A DNA stretch of 64,000 bases from Acidimicrobiales bacterium (GCA_037620085.1 JASJMB010000042.1:20851-84850); one strand, 5' to 3'; counted from the first letter of the stretch, positions 1-14,101 are shown. Translations and numbers: made by a program. The notes: generated from the sequence alone by a model not told the origin.

Positions 1-767
1 AGTTTGATCGTCTGATGGCCCGTGCCGAGGCGTTGGGCTTTGATCTCGTTGCGACTGGTCACCACGCGCAGGTTCTGCGAACTGCCGATGGCAGACCTCG
101 CCTGACCCGCGGTGCTGACTTTGCCAAAGATCAGAGTTATGTCTTGCACATGCTGAAGGCTTCTCAGCTGGAAAACGTCATGTTCCCAATCGGTGGAATG
201 ACGAAAGACGATGTGCGAAAGCGTGCAACTGAACTTGGTCTACGCACGGCGGGCAAGCCCGATAGTCAGGATGTTTGTTTCATTTCCCATACTGGCGGTG
301 GTCGTCGAGTTTTCCTTGGTAATCGAATCGATATGCACCCTGGTCGCCTGGTCGACAAAAGCGGAGAACAACTTGGTTCGGTTGAGGCAGTCGAACTTGT
401 CACGATCGGTCAGCGTCGCGGACTAGGAATCGGAATCGATGGTCGTCCTCGTTATGCGCTCGATGTCGACGTTGCTGGTCAAAGCGTGCTTGTTGGAACG
501 GCCGAAGATCTCGATGTTCCGAGCGAGTCACTGCATTCGTTCGGCTGGGTCGATGATGCAGCGCGCGTTGACTCAATGGCATCTTCCACTCTCACTGCAC
601 AATTGAGTGCGCATGGCGACGAGATTGTTGTTTCTGAGCTTCGCGAAACATTGAACGGTCTGGAAGTTGTGTGGGCGACACCCACTCATCGTGTGGCGCC
701 TGGTCAGAGCATCGTTCTCTACGACGACAATCTTGTTGTCGGCGGTGGTCTCGTCAGCCGACGGTAA
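1..767 (+). CDS. mnmA: tRNA 2-thiouridine(34) synthase MnmA (5'-truncated by window edge)
   Basis: Motifs ATGHHA, KDQSYVL, KPDSQDVCFI, TIGQRRGLG, APGQSIVLY; frame open to the window start. Confidence 0.95.
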   Translation, partial: FDRLMARAEALGFDLVATGHHAQVLRTADGRPRLTRGADFAKDQSYVLHMLKASQLENVMFPIGGMTKDDVRKRATELGLRTAGKPDSQDVCFISHTGGGRRVFLGNRIDMHPGRLVDKSGEQLGSVEAVELVTIGQRRGLGIGIDGRPRYALDVDVAGQSVLVGTAEDLDVPSESLHSFGWVDDAARVDSMASSTLTAQLSAHGDEIVVSELRETLNGLEVVWATPTHRVAPGQSIVLYDDNLVVGGGLVSRR

Positions 768-1650
768 ACCGACGTTCTTTCGCTGCGTCGAGGACCCATC
801 CTGGCCGAGTCGGAGTAAAGCGAACCGCGTCGACATCGACGGGTTCAACGATTTTGTGACGGTCGCGTCGCATCGGGGTCGGAATGATCGAGTCAGTCGT
901 TGAAAGCCGCACTTCGACTTGGATTCCGAGCGCACCAGCGCTGAGATCGGTGGCTGATGAGTCTTCGTCGGCCAGGCCAATTGAGCCAACGGTGTGGCGT
1001 TGCACGAGCAGCGCGTCGAGCAGCGTTGTGCGATCAACGAGAACGATGCCAGCGGGTACAAAGACGAGCCATCGTTTTGAAAGTTGATGAAGCGCCCGGG
1101 CTCCACCGATCACGAGAGCAACGGCAAGAACACTGATGAGCGCTCCGGGAATCCACTGCTTCGCTGCAAGCAACATTGGCCCTGCGAATGCTGACGCCAC
1201 CATTGCGACCCATACGAGTTCGACGGGTCCGCACACGATTGGGCCCGGAGGTCGAAGAGGAAACCTGCGTTCGTCGCCGTAAGAAGACCCGTTGATGAAT
1301 GTGTAACCAACCCCAGCCGAAAGTGAAAGCACCGCGCACAATGATGTGACGCCGAGCGCGGCGGACTCAGCAAAGTCAGCGCCGTGAGGAACAACGAGCG
1401 CCGCCCAGGCTGCGGCGACAACCGACGCGGGCATCAGAATCCGAAGTGTGGTGAGTGAGACGGAACTCGGGGTCAGCGCGGCGATGAGGCCTACGACCCA
1501 TAGCAACCAGAGTCCGATCACCGCCGTGAGCGAAATTGCCGATGCACGATGGTCGAGTGCATTGGCGAAGGAAGAGCCGGCGGTGAGGGGGAGCGACAGC
1601 CAGACGAGGGCCGGGGCCCAGCGGCTGACGGCCCTGCTGGTGGGAGTCAT
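754..1650 (-). CDS. Hypothetical multi-pass membrane protein
   Basis: 298-aa ORF with about 6 hydrophobic segments and a soluble C-terminus; fills the gap between mnmA and the next gene. Confidence 0.75.
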   Translation of the reverse strand: MTPTSRAVSRWAPALVWLSLPLTAGSSFANALDHRASAISLTAVIGLWLLWVVGLIAALTPSSVSLTTLRILMPASVVAAAWAALVVPHGADFAESAALGVTSLCAVLSLSAGVGYTFINGSSYGDERRFPLRPPGPIVCGPVELVWVAMVASAFAGPMLLAAKQWIPGALISVLAVALVIGGARALHQLSKRWLVFVPAGIVLVDRTTLLDALLVQRHTVGSIGLADEDSSATDLSAGALGIQVEVRLSTTDSIIPTPMRRDRHKIVEPVDVDAVRFTPTRPGWVLDAAKERRFTVG

Positions 1651-1799
1651 TACTGATGAGATTTGCCGATCTCGGCCGCCATCGCTAACTATGTGACTTC
1701 AGCCACAGATCTACGGGCCATTTTTGGTTCAAGAAGGTGGCGGTTGCTTTGGGGTGGGAGCGGAATGCAACGTCGGGGCACGAGCCGGGGGAGCCAGAC

Positions 1800-2819
1800 A
1801 TGAGTCCCCTCTCCGCGTCGCTCGCGCTGCCCTCGGGTTTGTCGACGGGAATCGGTTATCTGCCTCATTGCGACCCGAGTGATGCCGTTGAGTTCGTTCT
1901 GCGTCACAGTCCTCGTTTGCCATCGGCACCTTCGTTGCCCGCTCGATCACGCCGTGAAGGCATGATCGCTCAAGCGGCCTCAGGATTGGCGGGCGTGACA
2001 ATTGCCGATGATGGATCGATTCATGTCGATCTCAATCTTGTTGATCCTGAAGCGCCGCTCGATGATGAACGGCTTTCAAGTGATGCATGGGTGGGATTGC
2101 GAGCGTTCCTCACGGCGATTGCCGATCGAGATGGCCCAATCAAAGTTTCGCTTACAGGGCCGGTGACACTTGGACTTGCGCTGTGGGGCGCGGGAATTGA
2201 AATTGACCTTGCGTTCCGTATCGCTGGTCTTGCCGTTCGCAACCGCATTAAGCGATTGGTCGATCACGTTCTGCTGCGAGTGCCACAGGCGCAGGTCCTT
2301 GTCTTTCTTGATGAACCAGCAATGGGATCGCTGACAGATGATGGATTCCCGATTGGTCCGAATGAGGGCATCGATTTGGTGTCGTCGGCGATGGCTGCGG
2401 TTGAAGCCAAAGCGATCACAGGGCTTCACTGCTGCACGGCGGTTGACTATCGACTTTTGTTGAGCACAGGACCGCGAATTCTTTCGGTACCGGTGGATGA
2501 ACGCATAGCGAAACATTCAGGACTCGTCGGCGATTATCTCGATCGTGGTGGGTGGATCGCTTGGGGAGCAGTTCCGACCGACGGTCCGATCGGAACAAGT
2601 GTCGATCGTTTGTGGCGTCGTTTGTCCTCGGTGTGGTGTGATCTTGCCAATGAAGGCTGCGACCCTCTGTTGCTGCGAACTAACGCGATCATCACCCCGG
2701 TGTGTGGTCTTGCTCAACATGGCGTCACGCAAGCCGAGCAAGTTATGGAACACACCTCCCGATTAGCCGAACGATTGCAAGGCCAAGCCGCCGGCGCTCG
2801 TATTTCCGTTGGGGCCTAA
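1800..2819 (+). CDS. Cobalamin-independent methionine synthase (MetE) catalytic-domain-like protein
   Basis: TGIGYLP, KVSLTGPVTL, FLDEP, GLHCC and ITPVCGL (Zn-ligand pattern); position between mnmA and ligA is typical of Actinobacteria; ATG at 1800 follows ggag. Confidence 0.8.
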   Translation: MSPLSASLALPSGLSTGIGYLPHCDPSDAVEFVLRHSPRLPSAPSLPARSRREGMIAQAASGLAGVTIADDGSIHVDLNLVDPEAPLDDERLSSDAWVGLRAFLTAIADRDGPIKVSLTGPVTLGLALWGAGIEIDLAFRIAGLAVRNRIKRLVDHVLLRVPQAQVLVFLDEPAMGSLTDDGFPIGPNEGIDLVSSAMAAVEAKAITGLHCCTAVDYRLLLSTGPRILSVPVDERIAKHSGLVGDYLDRGGWIAWGAVPTDGPIGTSVDRLWRRLSSVWCDLANEGCDPLLLRTNAIITPVCGLAQHGVTQAEQVMEHTSRLAERLQGQAAGARISVGA

Positions 2820-2849
2820 CAGCGACGTTTAGGGCGCTGCCCTCGCTAG

Positions 2850-5566
<2,717 letters not shown>

Positions 5567-5594
5567 CAAACAGTTTTCGTTATGCGAGCCGCGT

Positions 5595-6074
5595 TTAGAC
5601 GACGGTGAAGCACCAACTTCGACGTGAAGAAACCGCGGGTCCGAACGCTGTTTGCCAGTAGGTGGCGATCATGCAGTTCTGTCCTGCGGGAAGCGTTTCG
5701 TAGACCTTGCCGGCTCCTGCTTTGAACGTCACCTGATTGGTTTGTGGAACGACATTGGTCTGGTCGAGCGGAAGAGGAATTCCGTTGAGCGTCAGTGACG
5801 CTTCGTATCCCGGGGCCATATCGATGCCGATGATGTCTTGTTGAAGAATTTTTGCGCTAGGCGTGGGTATCAGTCGTTGAATTCGTCCGCCATCGAGTTC
5901 GGTGGTGTCAGAGATTCCGAGGCGAGCAACCATGACAGCACACACAGCAACAATCGCAAGAAGGCCGATGTACGCGATGTAGCGCGGCTTGAATCGACGA
6001 TTTGGTTTGGACGCAACCGGCTCAGCGGTTGCGTTGGAGTTGTTGCTTTCGTTCGACGGGTTAGAAGTGGTCAC
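5595..6074 (-). CDS. Hypothetical membrane-anchored protein
   Basis: One N-terminal TM helix and a beta-rich domain with two Cys near the C-terminus. Confidence 0.7.
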   Translation of the reverse strand: MTTSNPSNESNNSNATAEPVASKPNRRFKPRYIAYIGLLAIVAVCAVMVARLGISDTTELDGGRIQRLIPTPSAKILQQDIIGIDMAPGYEASLTLNGIPLPLDQTNVVPQTNQVTFKAGAGKVYETLPAGQNCMIATYWQTAFGPAVSSRRSWCFTVV

Positions 6075-6187
6075 CGTCAGAGTCTGCCTGCTGCGAGCGC
6101 CTGTGTGGTTCTCGGGGGCGACGATTTTCCGTCTGTTCTCCGGAGAGGGTGACCGAAATCTTGGAGTCAGAGAACTAGCCTCGCCCT

Positions 6188-8155
6188 GTGTCCAACGCCC
6201 GTGGTGCCGACCGCATCGGTCAGGTGCTCGGGGGGCGCTACCGGCTGTTGGCCCCTATCGGCACCGGCGCCTCCGCGACTGTCTACCTGGCCGATGACGT
6301 AGTTCTTCGTCGCCGCGTCGCGGTCAAAGTGCTCCACGACGCGCTCGCGAGCGATGCGTCGTTTCTGAAACGGTTCCAAGCCGAAGCCCGTTCAGCGGCC
6401 GCGCTGAACCATCCGCACATCATGGCGGTGCACGATTGGGGGCAGGGAGAGGTTCCCTACCTCGTCACGGAATTACTTGATGGGGGTTCGCTTCGAGCAA
6501 TGCTCGATGCCGGCAATTTCCTTGATCTCGCTCAAGCACGACAAGTAGGTGTCGATACTGCACGAGCACTTGATTACGCCCATCGACGCGGCTTTGTGCA
6601 TCGAGACATCAAGCCAGCGAATCTTCTGTTCGATGACGAAGGAACGTTGCGGATCGCCGATTTTGGTCTCGCCCGAGCGCTTGCGGAAGCGGCATGGACC
6701 GAACCGGCTGGAGCGATACTTGGAACGGCTCGTTATGCATCGCCGGAACAAGCCCAGGGTGTTGCGCTCGATGGTCGCAGCGACGTCTATTCGCTCGGTC
6801 TTGTCATCATCGAGTCCGTTACGGGTCGACTGCCGTTCACAGCAGACACCACGCTTGGGACCCTCATGGCTCGTGTCGATCGTGACGTTCCTGTTCCCGA
6901 TGAACTCGGAGCCCTCGCTCCAGCGTTGCGCGCTGCGGGTGTTTCCAACCCAGCGAACCGTCCCGATGCTGGCGAATTCGCCACAATGCTGATGGCCGCA
7001 GGCGATCTTGGTTCGTTCGCTCCGTTGCGTTTGGCAGGAACGGTTGCGCTTCAGCCCGATCAACTCGATCCACGCGAACCCACGACGATCTATGTGCCCG
7101 AGCAGATTGTTCTCGGGACAACAGGATCTGGTTCGACGAACGGCCCGAGATTTGCCGATCCCACGATTGCGAGCGAGTCACTCTTTGATGGGCAACCCCC
7201 AACTCGCGCCGTTGATCGGCCTGAAGCGGCGATGGTCGCGGCGTCGGCTCGATCGGGATCTGAACCCCGTCGCCGTATCTCAGCAAAGGTCGTCGCAAGC
7301 GTCATTGCGCTGCTGGTTGTGTTGGGTGCTGCGGCCGGATTCTTCTTGTTGCGAACGCCAAGTCACACGCTCGCCGATTACACATCGATGGCTGCATCTG
7401 TCGTGCGCAGCGAACTCGAGTCCAAGGGGTTCAAAGTTGTAGAGGACGGGATCTATTCGGAAACCATTGCGGTTGAAACGGTGATTTCACAAGACCCGGT
7501 TGCTGGAACGTCACTTGCCGAAGGAAAGACAGTGACGCTGACCGTCTCGCTCGGTCCGCCTCCGGTACCCGTTCCTTCGAATCTGCCGGGAAAGACAATC
7601 GATCAGGCATCGGCGGCGTTGGTCGCAGCTGGACTCAAACTTGGAGTTGTTACTGACGCCTTCGATGAAACTGTCGCCAAGGGAATTGTGTTGTCGTTAG
7701 CCGAAGGCGTCGCTGCGGAAATGCCAAAAGGTTCTTCGATCGGACTCGTGACGAGTGCAGGACCGAAGCCACGCACTATCCCAAATGTTGTTGGTAAACC
7801 GATTGCCGATGTCGCCGCTCAACTGGATGCGCTTGGGCTCAAAGTGACACGCGTCGACGAGTATTCCGACACTGTCGCCGAAAATATCGTGATTTCAACC
7901 TCTCCGGCGGCTGGTCAGAATGCCGCGAAGGGAAGCACAGTCACGGTGACGGTCTCAAAGGGGAAGAAGCCGGTGACTATTCCCGCATCGATTGTGGGGA
8001 AGACGATTGCCGATGCGAGCGCGCAGCTCACAGCGCTCGGACTCACTGTCAGTGGTGTGACCGGCAATCCGACGAAGAACGTCACTGGGACGACCCCAGC
8101 AGTGGGAACGCAGGTCAAAGCGGGTTCGGCCGTAGCGCTCGTGACCTCGCCCTAA
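6188..8155 (+). CDS. Ser/Thr protein kinase with PASTA repeats (PknB/PknL-like)
   Basis: IGTGASATV, VAVK, HRDIKPANLL, DFG, YASPE; TM helix; about four PASTA repeats (e.g. IPNVVGK...VTVTVSKG). Confidence 0.93.
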   Translation: MSNARGADRIGQVLGGRYRLLAPIGTGASATVYLADDVVLRRRVAVKVLHDALASDASFLKRFQAEARSAAALNHPHIMAVHDWGQGEVPYLVTELLDGGSLRAMLDAGNFLDLAQARQVGVDTARALDYAHRRGFVHRDIKPANLLFDDEGTLRIADFGLARALAEAAWTEPAGAILGTARYASPEQAQGVALDGRSDVYSLGLVIIESVTGRLPFTADTTLGTLMARVDRDVPVPDELGALAPALRAAGVSNPANRPDAGEFATMLMAAGDLGSFAPLRLAGTVALQPDQLDPREPTTIYVPEQIVLGTTGSGSTNGPRFADPTIASESLFDGQPPTRAVDRPEAAMVAASARSGSEPRRRISAKVVASVIALLVVLGAAAGFFLLRTPSHTLADYTSMAASVVRSELESKGFKVVEDGIYSETIAVETVISQDPVAGTSLAEGKTVTLTVSLGPPPVPVPSNLPGKTIDQASAALVAAGLKLGVVTDAFDETVAKGIVLSLAEGVAAEMPKGSSIGLVTSAGPKPRTIPNVVGKPIADVAAQLDALGLKVTRVDEYSDTVAENIVISTSPAAGQNAAKGSTVTVTVSKGKKPVTIPASIVGKTIADASAQLTALGLTVSGVTGNPTKNVTGTTPAVGTQVKAGSAVALVTSP

Positions 8156-8194
8156 CCGGTTTATCACAATGCGAGGCCGATACGATCGTCGGTC

Positions 8195-9760
8195 GTGGCG
8201 AAGACCGATCATCCCGAACTTCCTGAGGGGAACGGCAGCGTTGTGAGCGCGGGTGGCGTCGACGACGCCGACGAACTCGAGCTCGGCATCGAGCCACCAG
8301 GGGCCGACGAGGTGGTCATGGTGCCGTGGAGTCTCATTCTTCAACGGCGCGTCGCCGGTCGAGTGGATCGGAGTCCGCGTAAAGCGTGGATCATTCTGGC
8401 GGCCTCGCTCCTTGGCGTCTTCACCGCAAGTTTTACAATCACCGTTCTCACGGTGTCACTGGCTGACATCGCGCATGATCTTGGATCAACAAAAAGCATT
8501 CTCACCTGGGCAATTACTGGCCCGAGTCTCGCAATGGCGGTATTGGGACCAATCGGCGGAAAAATGTCCGACCGGTACGGGGCTCGACGGGTGTATCTGA
8601 TCAGCATCATCGGCGTTGCGGTGTTCTCTGGTGCGGCGATTCTGGCGTGGAATGCTCCAGCGCTTATCGCCGCTCGATTTCTCGGTGCTTCGCTTGGTGC
8701 AGCCGCAGGCCCGGCCGCACTTTCCATGATCAACCGAAGCTTTCCGCCCCAACGACGAGCACAAGCGCTCGGCTATTGGGCGCTTGTCGGCGCAGGTGCT
8801 CCGGTCATCGGCGTTGTTGTCGGTGGACCGCTGGTCGATTCGTTCGGGTGGAGATGGATTTTCATTCTTCAAACGCCTATTGCGATTGCGGCGGTGATAA
8901 TCGGTTTCCTTGTTTTGCCGCGATCGGCTCGAGGCGATCGCCATCCCTTCGATATCGCCGGATCTGTGCTTCTGGCATTCGGTGTTGGCCTCGTGTTGGT
9001 AGCGCTGAACCGAGGCCCCGAAATGGGTTGGACGCATCCGCTTGTACTTGGCGGATTCATTGTCGGGCCGTTGCTGCTGGTGTGGTTCGCGCGTGTTGAG
9101 AGTCGCACTGAACATCCGTTGCTTCCGATGCGCTATTTCCGTCGGCGAAATTTCACCTTCCCCATGATCAATCAGTTCTTTACAAACTTCACCTACATGG
9201 GCGGCTTCATTCTCACGCCGCTGCTTCTGCACGACGTCATCGGTTACAGCACAACAAAGACGGGGCTCGTTTCGATCGCCCGTCCGATTGCGTTTTCGAT
9301 TGTTGGGCCGATCGCTGGTTATCTCGTCATTAAATTCGGTGAACGAACGATCGGAATATTTGGTTCGGTCGTCTTGGTCGGTTCAATGATGACATTGGCG
9401 ATGGTTACAGCGAGCACGGGGATGTGGTGGATCGAAGGGGGCCTCGTTCTCTCCGGAATCGGCATGGGGGCATGCGCGCCGGCCATGATCGCCAGCATTG
9501 CCAACTCCGTCGACAAGCGCGATCTGGGCGTTGCGAGCGCGGCGTCGCAAACGGTCAGCCAAATCGGCGTCGTTGCTGGCATGCAGATCTTGCTCACGGT
9601 GCAATCGGTGGGAGCTTCGAGTGGGACTGGAACCGATTCCTACGCGGCGGCCTATCACGTCGGCGCGGTGGCGGCAGTCATCGCAGTCGTAGCCGCGTTT
9701 TTTGTGCGCCGCACGAGTCACGAAGAACCGCAGGCGTCTGAGTCGCTTGCAGTCGCCTGA
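8195..9760 (+). CDS. MFS transporter, DHA2 (14-TM) family
   Basis: GKMSDRYGARR motif A, GGPLVDSFGWRWIF, many TM helices. Confidence 0.9.
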   Translation: MAKTDHPELPEGNGSVVSAGGVDDADELELGIEPPGADEVVMVPWSLILQRRVAGRVDRSPRKAWIILAASLLGVFTASFTITVLTVSLADIAHDLGSTKSILTWAITGPSLAMAVLGPIGGKMSDRYGARRVYLISIIGVAVFSGAAILAWNAPALIAARFLGASLGAAAGPAALSMINRSFPPQRRAQALGYWALVGAGAPVIGVVVGGPLVDSFGWRWIFILQTPIAIAAVIIGFLVLPRSARGDRHPFDIAGSVLLAFGVGLVLVALNRGPEMGWTHPLVLGGFIVGPLLLVWFARVESRTEHPLLPMRYFRRRNFTFPMINQFFTNFTYMGGFILTPLLLHDVIGYSTTKTGLVSIARPIAFSIVGPIAGYLVIKFGERTIGIFGSVVLVGSMMTLAMVTASTGMWWIEGGLVLSGIGMGACAPAMIASIANSVDKRDLGVASAASQTVSQIGVVAGMQILLTVQSVGASSGTGTDSYAAAYHVGAVAAVIAVVAAFFVRRTSHEEPQASESLAVA

Positions 9761-9788
9761 GCAGCCGCACTGAACGATCCGATTGAAC

Positions 9789-10205
9789 TCAGTCGGCAGT
9801 GATGTCGCGCAGCGCGTCGGCTATGGCTTGTGCGTTGGGATCGGGAGCTGCCGCCGAGGCCTGCATCGCGAGCATTTTTGACATATCGCCCTCGACTTTG
9901 ATTCGCCCGCCCATAAATGCCTGCATCGCTGCAGCGGCATCTTGATCTATGAAGATGGAGCGGGCGGTTGCGTAGTCAACCGTGACGGTGAGATCGGGGC
10001 CATCAAGATGGCCATCTTCAATCACGACTTCGCCGTCGGTGGTGTCGATATGACCGCTGACATCGGCGGAAAACGGCGTGTCGGTCACAATGAGATTCAT
10101 GCGAACAGCCACCGGGGGAGCGGTCGAAGGCTTTGCCATGGTGTCTCGCAGCGCTCGTGCTGCGGCCATCCAGTCAGGGCTTAGGAATGCATGGGCGGTT
10201 GCCAC
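9789..10205 (-). CDS. SCP2 sterol-carrier-domain protein
   Basis: FLSPDWM, PDLTVTVDY, AMQAFMGGRIKVEGD; GTG start after GGAGG. Confidence 0.85.
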   Translation of the reverse strand: MATAHAFLSPDWMAAARALRDTMAKPSTAPPVAVRMNLIVTDTPFSADVSGHIDTTDGEVVIEDGHLDGPDLTVTVDYATARSIFIDQDAAAAMQAFMGGRIKVEGDMSKMLAMQASAAAPDPNAQAIADALRDITAD

Positions 10206-10300
10206 GTGTCCTCCAAGGGGGTTCTGTCGATGGGTTGACCCTATCCACGCATCGGTAGGCCGAGAGGGGTTGGGCCAGCAGGCATCTACGATGCACACCC

Positions 10301-10603
10301 ATGTCTGCCCGTCTCACTCGCGACAATGTCGCCAAGGTCGCTGATCTCGCTCGGCTCGAACTTACCGACGCCGATCTCGACCGCTACACCGAACAGCTCA
10401 GCGCCGTGCTGGATCACGCCGAGGACGTTGCGTCCCTTGACCTCGATGGCGTGCCTCCCACATCGCATCCGCTGCCGCTTGTGAACGTGCTTCGCGCTGA
10501 TGTTGTCGTCGAGGGCGTTGATCGCGAAGAAGTGCTTTCGCAGGCTCCGTCCGTTGAGGATCGACGTTTTCGTGTGCCAGCAATTCTTGGGGAGGAACCC
10601 TGA
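10301..10603 (+). CDS. gatC: Asp/Glu-tRNA amidotransferase subunit C
   Basis: [25 protein letters not shown]; upstream of gatA. Confidence 0.95.
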   Translation: MSARLTRDNVAKVADLARLELTDADLDRYTEQLSAVLDHAEDVASLDLDGVPPTSHPLPLVNVLRADVVVEGVDREEVLSQAPSVEDRRFRVPAILGEEP

Positions 10604-10604
10604 G

Positions 10605-12059
10605 GTGAGCGCTATTCCTTCAACAGCAATCGAAATCGCCGCTGCGGTCCGTTCCGGTTCTCTGTCCGCCCGCGAAGTTCTCGATGATCATCTTGCGCGC
10701 ATCGATGCACGCGACGGAGAAATCAACGCTTTCAATCTTGTGATGGTCGACGAGGCGCGCGCCGCTGCAGCCGCGGTCGACGCGCAGGTTGCTGCTGGCG
10801 AAGACCCAGGCCTACTCGCTGGCGTGCCTCTGGCACTCAAAGACAACTTATGCACTCACGGAATTCCGACTACGTGTTCAAGTCGCATTCTCGAAGGCTG
10901 GCGTCCGCCCTACGACGCCACCGTTGTACAGCGTGTGAATGCTGCGGGAGCGATCTCAATCGGTAAAACCAACCTCGATGAATTCGCCATGGGTTCTTCA
11001 ACCGAGAACTCGGCATTTGGACCGACTCGCAACCCTCGTGACACGTCTCGCGTTCCTGGTGGTTCATCGGGCGGCTCGGCTGCAGCAGTCGCTGCAGGAT
11101 TCGCTCCGATTTCTTTGGGTTCCGATACGGGCGGATCTATCCGCCAACCCGCTGCTCTTTGCGGCGTCGTCGGCGTGAAACCCACCTACGGGTTGGTGAG
11201 TCGCTACGGGCTCATTGCATTCGCGTCATCACTCGATCAGATCGGTCCGTTCTCTACGACGGTTGCGGATTCGGCGTTATTGCTGGAAACGATCGCCGGC
11301 TACGACGGTCGTGATTCAACGTCTATCAATGCACCCTCACCTTCGTTGATCGAATCATTGGGCGAAGGCGTCGATGGGCTTCGTATTGGGTTCGTGACCG
11401 AACTCATGGGCGAGGGGATTGCTCCCGATGTCGCCGCTCGAGTTCGACAGGCTGCCGACGCGCTTGCTGCTGCTGGCGCTCAGATAGGCGAGGTTTCGGT
11501 ACCTGCCGCGGCCTACGGATTGTCGGCGTATTACCTCATCGCACCGGCCGAGGCATCAAGCAATCTCGCTCGTTATGACGGTGTCCGCTACGGCATGCGC
11601 GTTGATGCGCCAACCACCGCCGAGATGAACGCGGCGACGCGTACCGCTGGTTTCGGTGACGAAGTGAAACGCCGCATCATGCTCGGGACCTACGCATTGT
11701 CCGCTGGCTTTTACGATGCTTATTACGGCAAAGCCCTCAAGGTCCGAACGCTCATCGTTCGCGATTTCGAACGTGCTTACGCTGATTTCGATCTGTTGAT
11801 CACGCCGACCTCACCGACAACGGCATTCAAGTTTGGCGACAAGACCGCCGATCCGTTGTCGATGTATCTCAATGACATCTGTACGATTCCCACGAATCTC
11901 GCTGGGCATCCAGCGATGAGCGTTCCGTTCGGTGGCGGTGCCGACGGTATGCCGGTCGGAGTTCAACTTCTTGCGCCTGCGCTGGGCGAAGCAACAATGT
12001 TCCGAGCTGCAGCCGTTCTTGAATCGGCAGCACCAGCACTTGACGAGGTGTGGTCATGA
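10605..12059 (+). CDS. gatA: Asp/Glu-tRNA amidotransferase subunit A
   Basis: [49 protein letters not shown]; GTG at 10605 after ggagg. Confidence 0.97.
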   Translation: MSAIPSTAIEIAAAVRSGSLSAREVLDDHLARIDARDGEINAFNLVMVDEARAAAAAVDAQVAAGEDPGLLAGVPLALKDNLCTHGIPTTCSSRILEGWRPPYDATVVQRVNAAGAISIGKTNLDEFAMGSSTENSAFGPTRNPRDTSRVPGGSSGGSAAAVAAGFAPISLGSDTGGSIRQPAALCGVVGVKPTYGLVSRYGLIAFASSLDQIGPFSTTVADSALLLETIAGYDGRDSTSINAPSPSLIESLGEGVDGLRIGFVTELMGEGIAPDVAARVRQAADALAAAGAQIGEVSVPAAAYGLSAYYLIAPAEASSNLARYDGVRYGMRVDAPTTAEMNAATRTAGFGDEVKRRIMLGTYALSAGFYDAYYGKALKVRTLIVRDFERAYADFDLLITPTSPTTAFKFGDKTADPLSMYLNDICTIPTNLAGHPAMSVPFGGGADGMPVGVQLLAPALGEATMFRAAAVLESAAPALDEVWS

Positions 12060-13549
12060 CGCTTACTCACGAACCCATCGAGGGCGAACATTTCATTGTT
12101 GTAAGCGAATCAACAGGCGATGAATGGGAGATCGTGGTTGGTCTCGAAGTTCACTGCGAACTAGCGACGGTCACCAAGTTGTTCTGTGGATGTCCAAACA
12201 TGTTTGGCGATGAGCCCAACACGAATGTGTGTCCGGTATGTCTCGGCCTTCCTGGTTCATTGCCGGTGCTGAACGAAAACGTTGTTGAGTTGGCGATGCG
12301 CTTGGGTCGAGCTCTTCAGTGTTCGGTTGAGCCATCGGTATTTGCTCGCAAGAACTACTTCTACCCGGACATGCCCAAGGATTATCAGGTCACTCAGTTC
12401 GATCGGCCGATCAATGTCGACGGATGGCTCAACCTTCCCGATGGAACTCGCGTTGGCATCGAACGAGCACATATCGAAGAAGACACTGGCAAGAACTCGC
12501 ATGCTGGGGGCAGCGGCCGCATTCACGGGGCCGACTACTCATTGGTTGATTACAACCGCGCCGGTGTCCCGCTTGTCGAGATCGTTGGTCGTCCTCATAT
12601 TCGTCATCCAGAGCAGGCCAAGACCTACATCGATGAATTGCGCGCCATCCTTCTGACCACTGGTGCCTCCGACGCCAAAATGGAAGAAGGTTCGCTGCGC
12701 GTCGATGCGAACGTTTCGGTCCGCCGAGTTGGCGATACGGAATTAGGCACGCGTTGCGAAGTGAAGAACTTGAACTCATTGCGTTCGCTCGGACGTGCCA
12801 TTGAATACGAAGCACGACGTCAGGTCGATCTTCTCGAAACTGGCGAACGGATCAAGCAGGAAACTCGTCATTGGGACGAAGGCGCAGGGCGCACTCGTGC
12901 GGGTCGTTCAAAAGAAGAATCCGAGGATTACCGCTACTTCCAAGAACCCGATCTTGTTCCGCTTGTGCCAAGCGCAGAATGGATTGCCGCGATTGATGCG
13001 GCAATGCCGCCGCTTCCTGCGGCGCGCCGCGATGCTCTGGCTCTTGCGTCCGGACTTGCGGTCACTGAATCGAGTGTCGTGATTGCAGTGCAGCGCGATC
13101 TTGATCAACTCGCACTTGCGACAATCGCCGCTGGTGGCGACGGAAGGCGTGTTCTCACTCACGTCGAGCACAACCTGTCTGGCGAAGGCTCCGCAGAACT
13201 CGGCCCCGCCGCTTTTGCGCAACTCGTCGGTTTGGAACTCGGCGGGCAACTCACTGCCACCCAAGCAAAAACCGTGTTGGCCGAAATGGTGGTCTCTGGT
13301 CGCGCTCCCGATGCCATTGCCGCAGAACTCGGATTCGAAGCAATGGATTCGTCTGAACTTGAAGGCATTGTTGATGGCTTGATCGCAGAGAGCTCCGAGG
13401 AGTGGTCAGACTTCTGCACCGGCGACGACAAGAAGCGCGCAAAGTTGCAAGGTTTCTTCACTGGCAAAATCATGAAGGCAACGAAGGGGCAAGCCGACGG
13501 GAAAGCCGTTGCCGCACTTCTCGAATCGCGTAGGGCCGAAAGCCTCTAA
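12056..13549 (+). CDS. gatB: Asp/Glu-tRNA amidotransferase subunit B
   Basis: [46 protein letters not shown]. Confidence 0.97.
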   Translation: MTLTHEPIEGEHFIVVSESTGDEWEIVVGLEVHCELATVTKLFCGCPNMFGDEPNTNVCPVCLGLPGSLPVLNENVVELAMRLGRALQCSVEPSVFARKNYFYPDMPKDYQVTQFDRPINVDGWLNLPDGTRVGIERAHIEEDTGKNSHAGGSGRIHGADYSLVDYNRAGVPLVEIVGRPHIRHPEQAKTYIDELRAILLTTGASDAKMEEGSLRVDANVSVRRVGDTELGTRCEVKNLNSLRSLGRAIEYEARRQVDLLETGERIKQETRHWDEGAGRTRAGRSKEESEDYRYFQEPDLVPLVPSAEWIAAIDAAMPPLPAARRDALALASGLAVTESSVVIAVQRDLDQLALATIAAGGDGRRVLTHVEHNLSGEGSAELGPAAFAQLVGLELGGQLTATQAKTVLAEMVVSGRAPDAIAAELGFEAMDSSELEGIVDGLIAESSEEWSDFCTGDDKKRAKLQGFFTGKIMKATKGQADGKAVAALLESRRAESL

Positions 13550-13612
13550 TTGGCACGTAAGCGAGTGTTGTAGTATAAGATCAGCAGGTCGAAGTCCCTG
13601 GGAGAAAATGTG

Positions 13613-14101
13613 ATGCAATCGAAGAAGAAGCGTGCAGCGTTTTCGGCGCTCCTGATCGCGGGCTTCTTGCTGGTCGGAGCCGCCTGTGGCGGTTCGTCGA
13701 GCAACTCAGGTTCGTCATCGGATACGAGTGCGAAGTCCGGCAGTGGCAGCGATGCAAGCGCCTGCGCCGATCTGTTCAATAAGACCGAAGAACTCGCCGC
13801 GGAGATGGATGCCCTTGACGCCGGTGAAATGTCTTCCGCTGCGTCGGCGATGGTGAAATCGCTTGAATCGTTCTCTTCGAGTGTCCCGAGTGAGATTCGC
13901 GAAGATTGGAAGACGGTTGTCTCCACCATCAAGACTTATACCGAGGCAATCGCGGGTATTGATTTCACGAACCTGAGTGACCCAACTACAGCGGCAAAGT
14001 TGGCGAAGGCCGGATCTGCGATGGACGACGCGAAGTTCGAAAAAGCCTCCGAGAATCTCGATCAGTGGACCCAGAAGAACTGCCCGGGTTTCGACTTCTG
14101 A
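13613..14101 (+). CDS. Hypothetical lipoprotein
   Basis: Basic N-terminus, hydrophobic core, lipobox GAAC, Ser-rich linker, helical domain with a Cys pair. Confidence 0.8.
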   Translation: MQSKKKRAAFSALLIAGFLLVGAACGGSSSNSGSSSDTSAKSGSGSDASACADLFNKTEELAAEMDALDAGEMSSAASAMVKSLESFSSSVPSEIREDWKTVVSTIKTYTEAIAGIDFTNLSDPTTAAKLAKAGSAMDDAKFEKASENLDQWTQKNCPGFDF

